Shown here: in pieces, positions 62,330-64,000 of the stretch
How the letters are laid out: the number at the start of each line of letters is the position of its first letter
Position numbering within the stretch: position 1 is the first letter of the stretch
NCBI RefSeq assembly: GCF_030144855.1
Contig: NC_082731.1
Span: 25,792,001 to 25,856,000 of the forward strand
Source of the DNA: Hypanus sabinus
Taxonomy: Eukaryota
DNA length: 64,000 nt
Direction: 5' to 3'
Notes under the pieces: generated by a model
Told to the model about the DNA's origin: nothing
The model's database searches: none
What the model saw: the letters and a program-made list of their open reading frames with translations, nothing else
Made by a program: the position numbers and the translations under genes

Positions 62330-63845
62330 GGATTTAACCTGATTTGTTTTACACTAATCAACAGAATAAGACCCTTTGGTGTCAAAATTAAAACACAGCT
62401 CGACAAAGTGATCTAACCTAAATATAAATGTTAGGCAAAAAAACGAATGATTACTTAGGTAATCACCACCATCTCCAACACACCTCCCCTCCCTCCTTTT
62501 TAGGTCTCCGAAAATTATTGGCGTTGCCGATTCGTTTTAGAATTCACATAATTAGTTAAATAGAGATCACGTGCAGCAAATGTGTTTCACTTGATTGTGT
62601 TAAAATTACACCTAATTTCCGAAGGTCCAACTGTTGGTGAGCTATCATCCTGCCAGAAACTACACCACGTAGACAAAAAAGAAATCCTAAGTAACTTCAC
62701 GTAAAGGTTCTTTAAAATCACAAGTTATGAGAAGGATACAGGAAAATTTCCAAATCAATAAATAAGTAAATCAACGGAAAAGAGAAAGAATATGGCATAG
62801 CTGTAAATCTGCCTATATCGGGCCGTCCTCAAAAGCTGAGTGACCGTGCAGGAAGTGAAGCTACTGAGGGTGGCCACCAAGAGACCAATGCCAGCTCTGG
62901 AGGATTTACAAGATTCAGTGGCTGAGATGCGCATACAAAAACTGTTGCTCGGACGCTTCACCAGTCGCAGTTTTATGAGAGAATGGCAAAGAGAAACCCA
63001 TTGTTGAAAGAAACTCACAAGCAATCTCGGCTCGAGTTTGCCTCAACGAATATGGGAAACTATGAAGTCATCTGGAAAAAAATTCTATGGTCTAATGAAT
63101 CCAAACTTGAGTTCTATGGCCATCAGTCGAAACGCTATGTTCGGCGTAAGCCAAACACCGCACATCATCCATACTGTGAATCAAAAGGTGGTGCACCATG
63201 CTGTGAGGATGCCTCACTTCAGAGTCTTCCGGAAGCTTGTGAAGGTGGAAGATAAAATTAATGGAGCAAAATAGAACGAAATCCCTGATGAAGGGTGCAA
63301 GAGAGCTGTGCCTTACAGATTTCATTTCCAGCAAGAAAATGATCAAAAGCCTAAAGGCAAACCTACACAGGATCGCATAAAAACAACAAAGGTAATGTCC
63401 CGGAGTGACTACATCAGAGTCTAGACCTCAATGCAATTGAGGAATAATGGCTGAGCTTGATAATGGCTGTGTACTCATGATCCGCATACAATCTGACTGA
63501 GCTTAAGCAGTTTTGTAAAGAGGAATGGGGAAAAAATACATTATCCCGATGTCCAAATAGGATACAGACCTATCCACGCAGACTCAAAGCTGTACTTGCC
63601 ACCAACGGTGCATGGATTTAACACTGACCTTAAAGGGGTAAATACTTATGCAGACAAGTACTTTGTGTTTTATATTTGTATTTAATTTAGATCACCTTGT
63701 AGAAATCTATTTTAAATTTGAGAGAAAATACTTTTTCTGTAGAGCAGTCTCAAAAGAAGCTAAACTAAATCCTTTGTGTTTCAATTTTCTAAAACTATAA
63801 AACACGAATGCTTCCAAGGAGGGTGAATAAGTTTTATAGGTGCTG
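62330..63845 (+). mobile_element. Tc1/mariner DNA transposon, decayed transposase
   Basis: NLPISGRPQKLSDRA (~62805); KRNPLLKETHKQSRLEFA..WKKILWSNESKLEFYG..YVRRKP (62983..63255); right TIR-like agggtgaataagttttataggtgctg followed by TA at 63846-63847. The left end is uncertain. Confidence 0.85.
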
Positions 63846-64000
63846 TATACGGATCATTTGATTTAAAGTATACTTTAGATGATTAGTAGTTCAGTTGACA
63901 TACAAATTGCAAAGTTGTGATTAACAATGGTTGAAGTTTGTCAAATGGATTTCACTAAACAAGGATCACGTGGGCGGAGATATTGGAGATGCGTTTTATC

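Overview
AT-rich, retrotransposon-dense vertebrate DNA, most likely from a cartilaginous fish (inferred from the IgW-like VH sequences and the shark/ray-type CR1, L1 and Rex repeats; species not determinable). The only recognisable host genes are three immunoglobulin heavy-chain V segments, all on the + strand. V1 (2512-2967) and V2 (13122-13604) have open leader and V exons, intact splice sites and canonical or near-canonical 23-bp RSSs. V3 (50320-50795) is a more divergent VH and a multi-lesion pseudogene. Each V is followed by remnants of a D/J region. V3 keeps a degenerate 12/12 D. V1 and V2 have the D core and one heptamer deleted, followed by a J-like relic lacking the GxGT motif. I found no constant-region exon in the 64 kb. 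Shared flanking blocks show a decayed tandem array of large units, including one 'empty' unit (~37100-37760) whose V-D-J part has been deleted. About 29% of the window is four L1 elements; CR1, Rex/Babar-like, RTE and Tc1 relics make up much of the rest. The main lead is apparently maintained orphan VH genes whose own D, J and C partners are dead or absent. All alignments, identities and repeat boundaries were made by eye.
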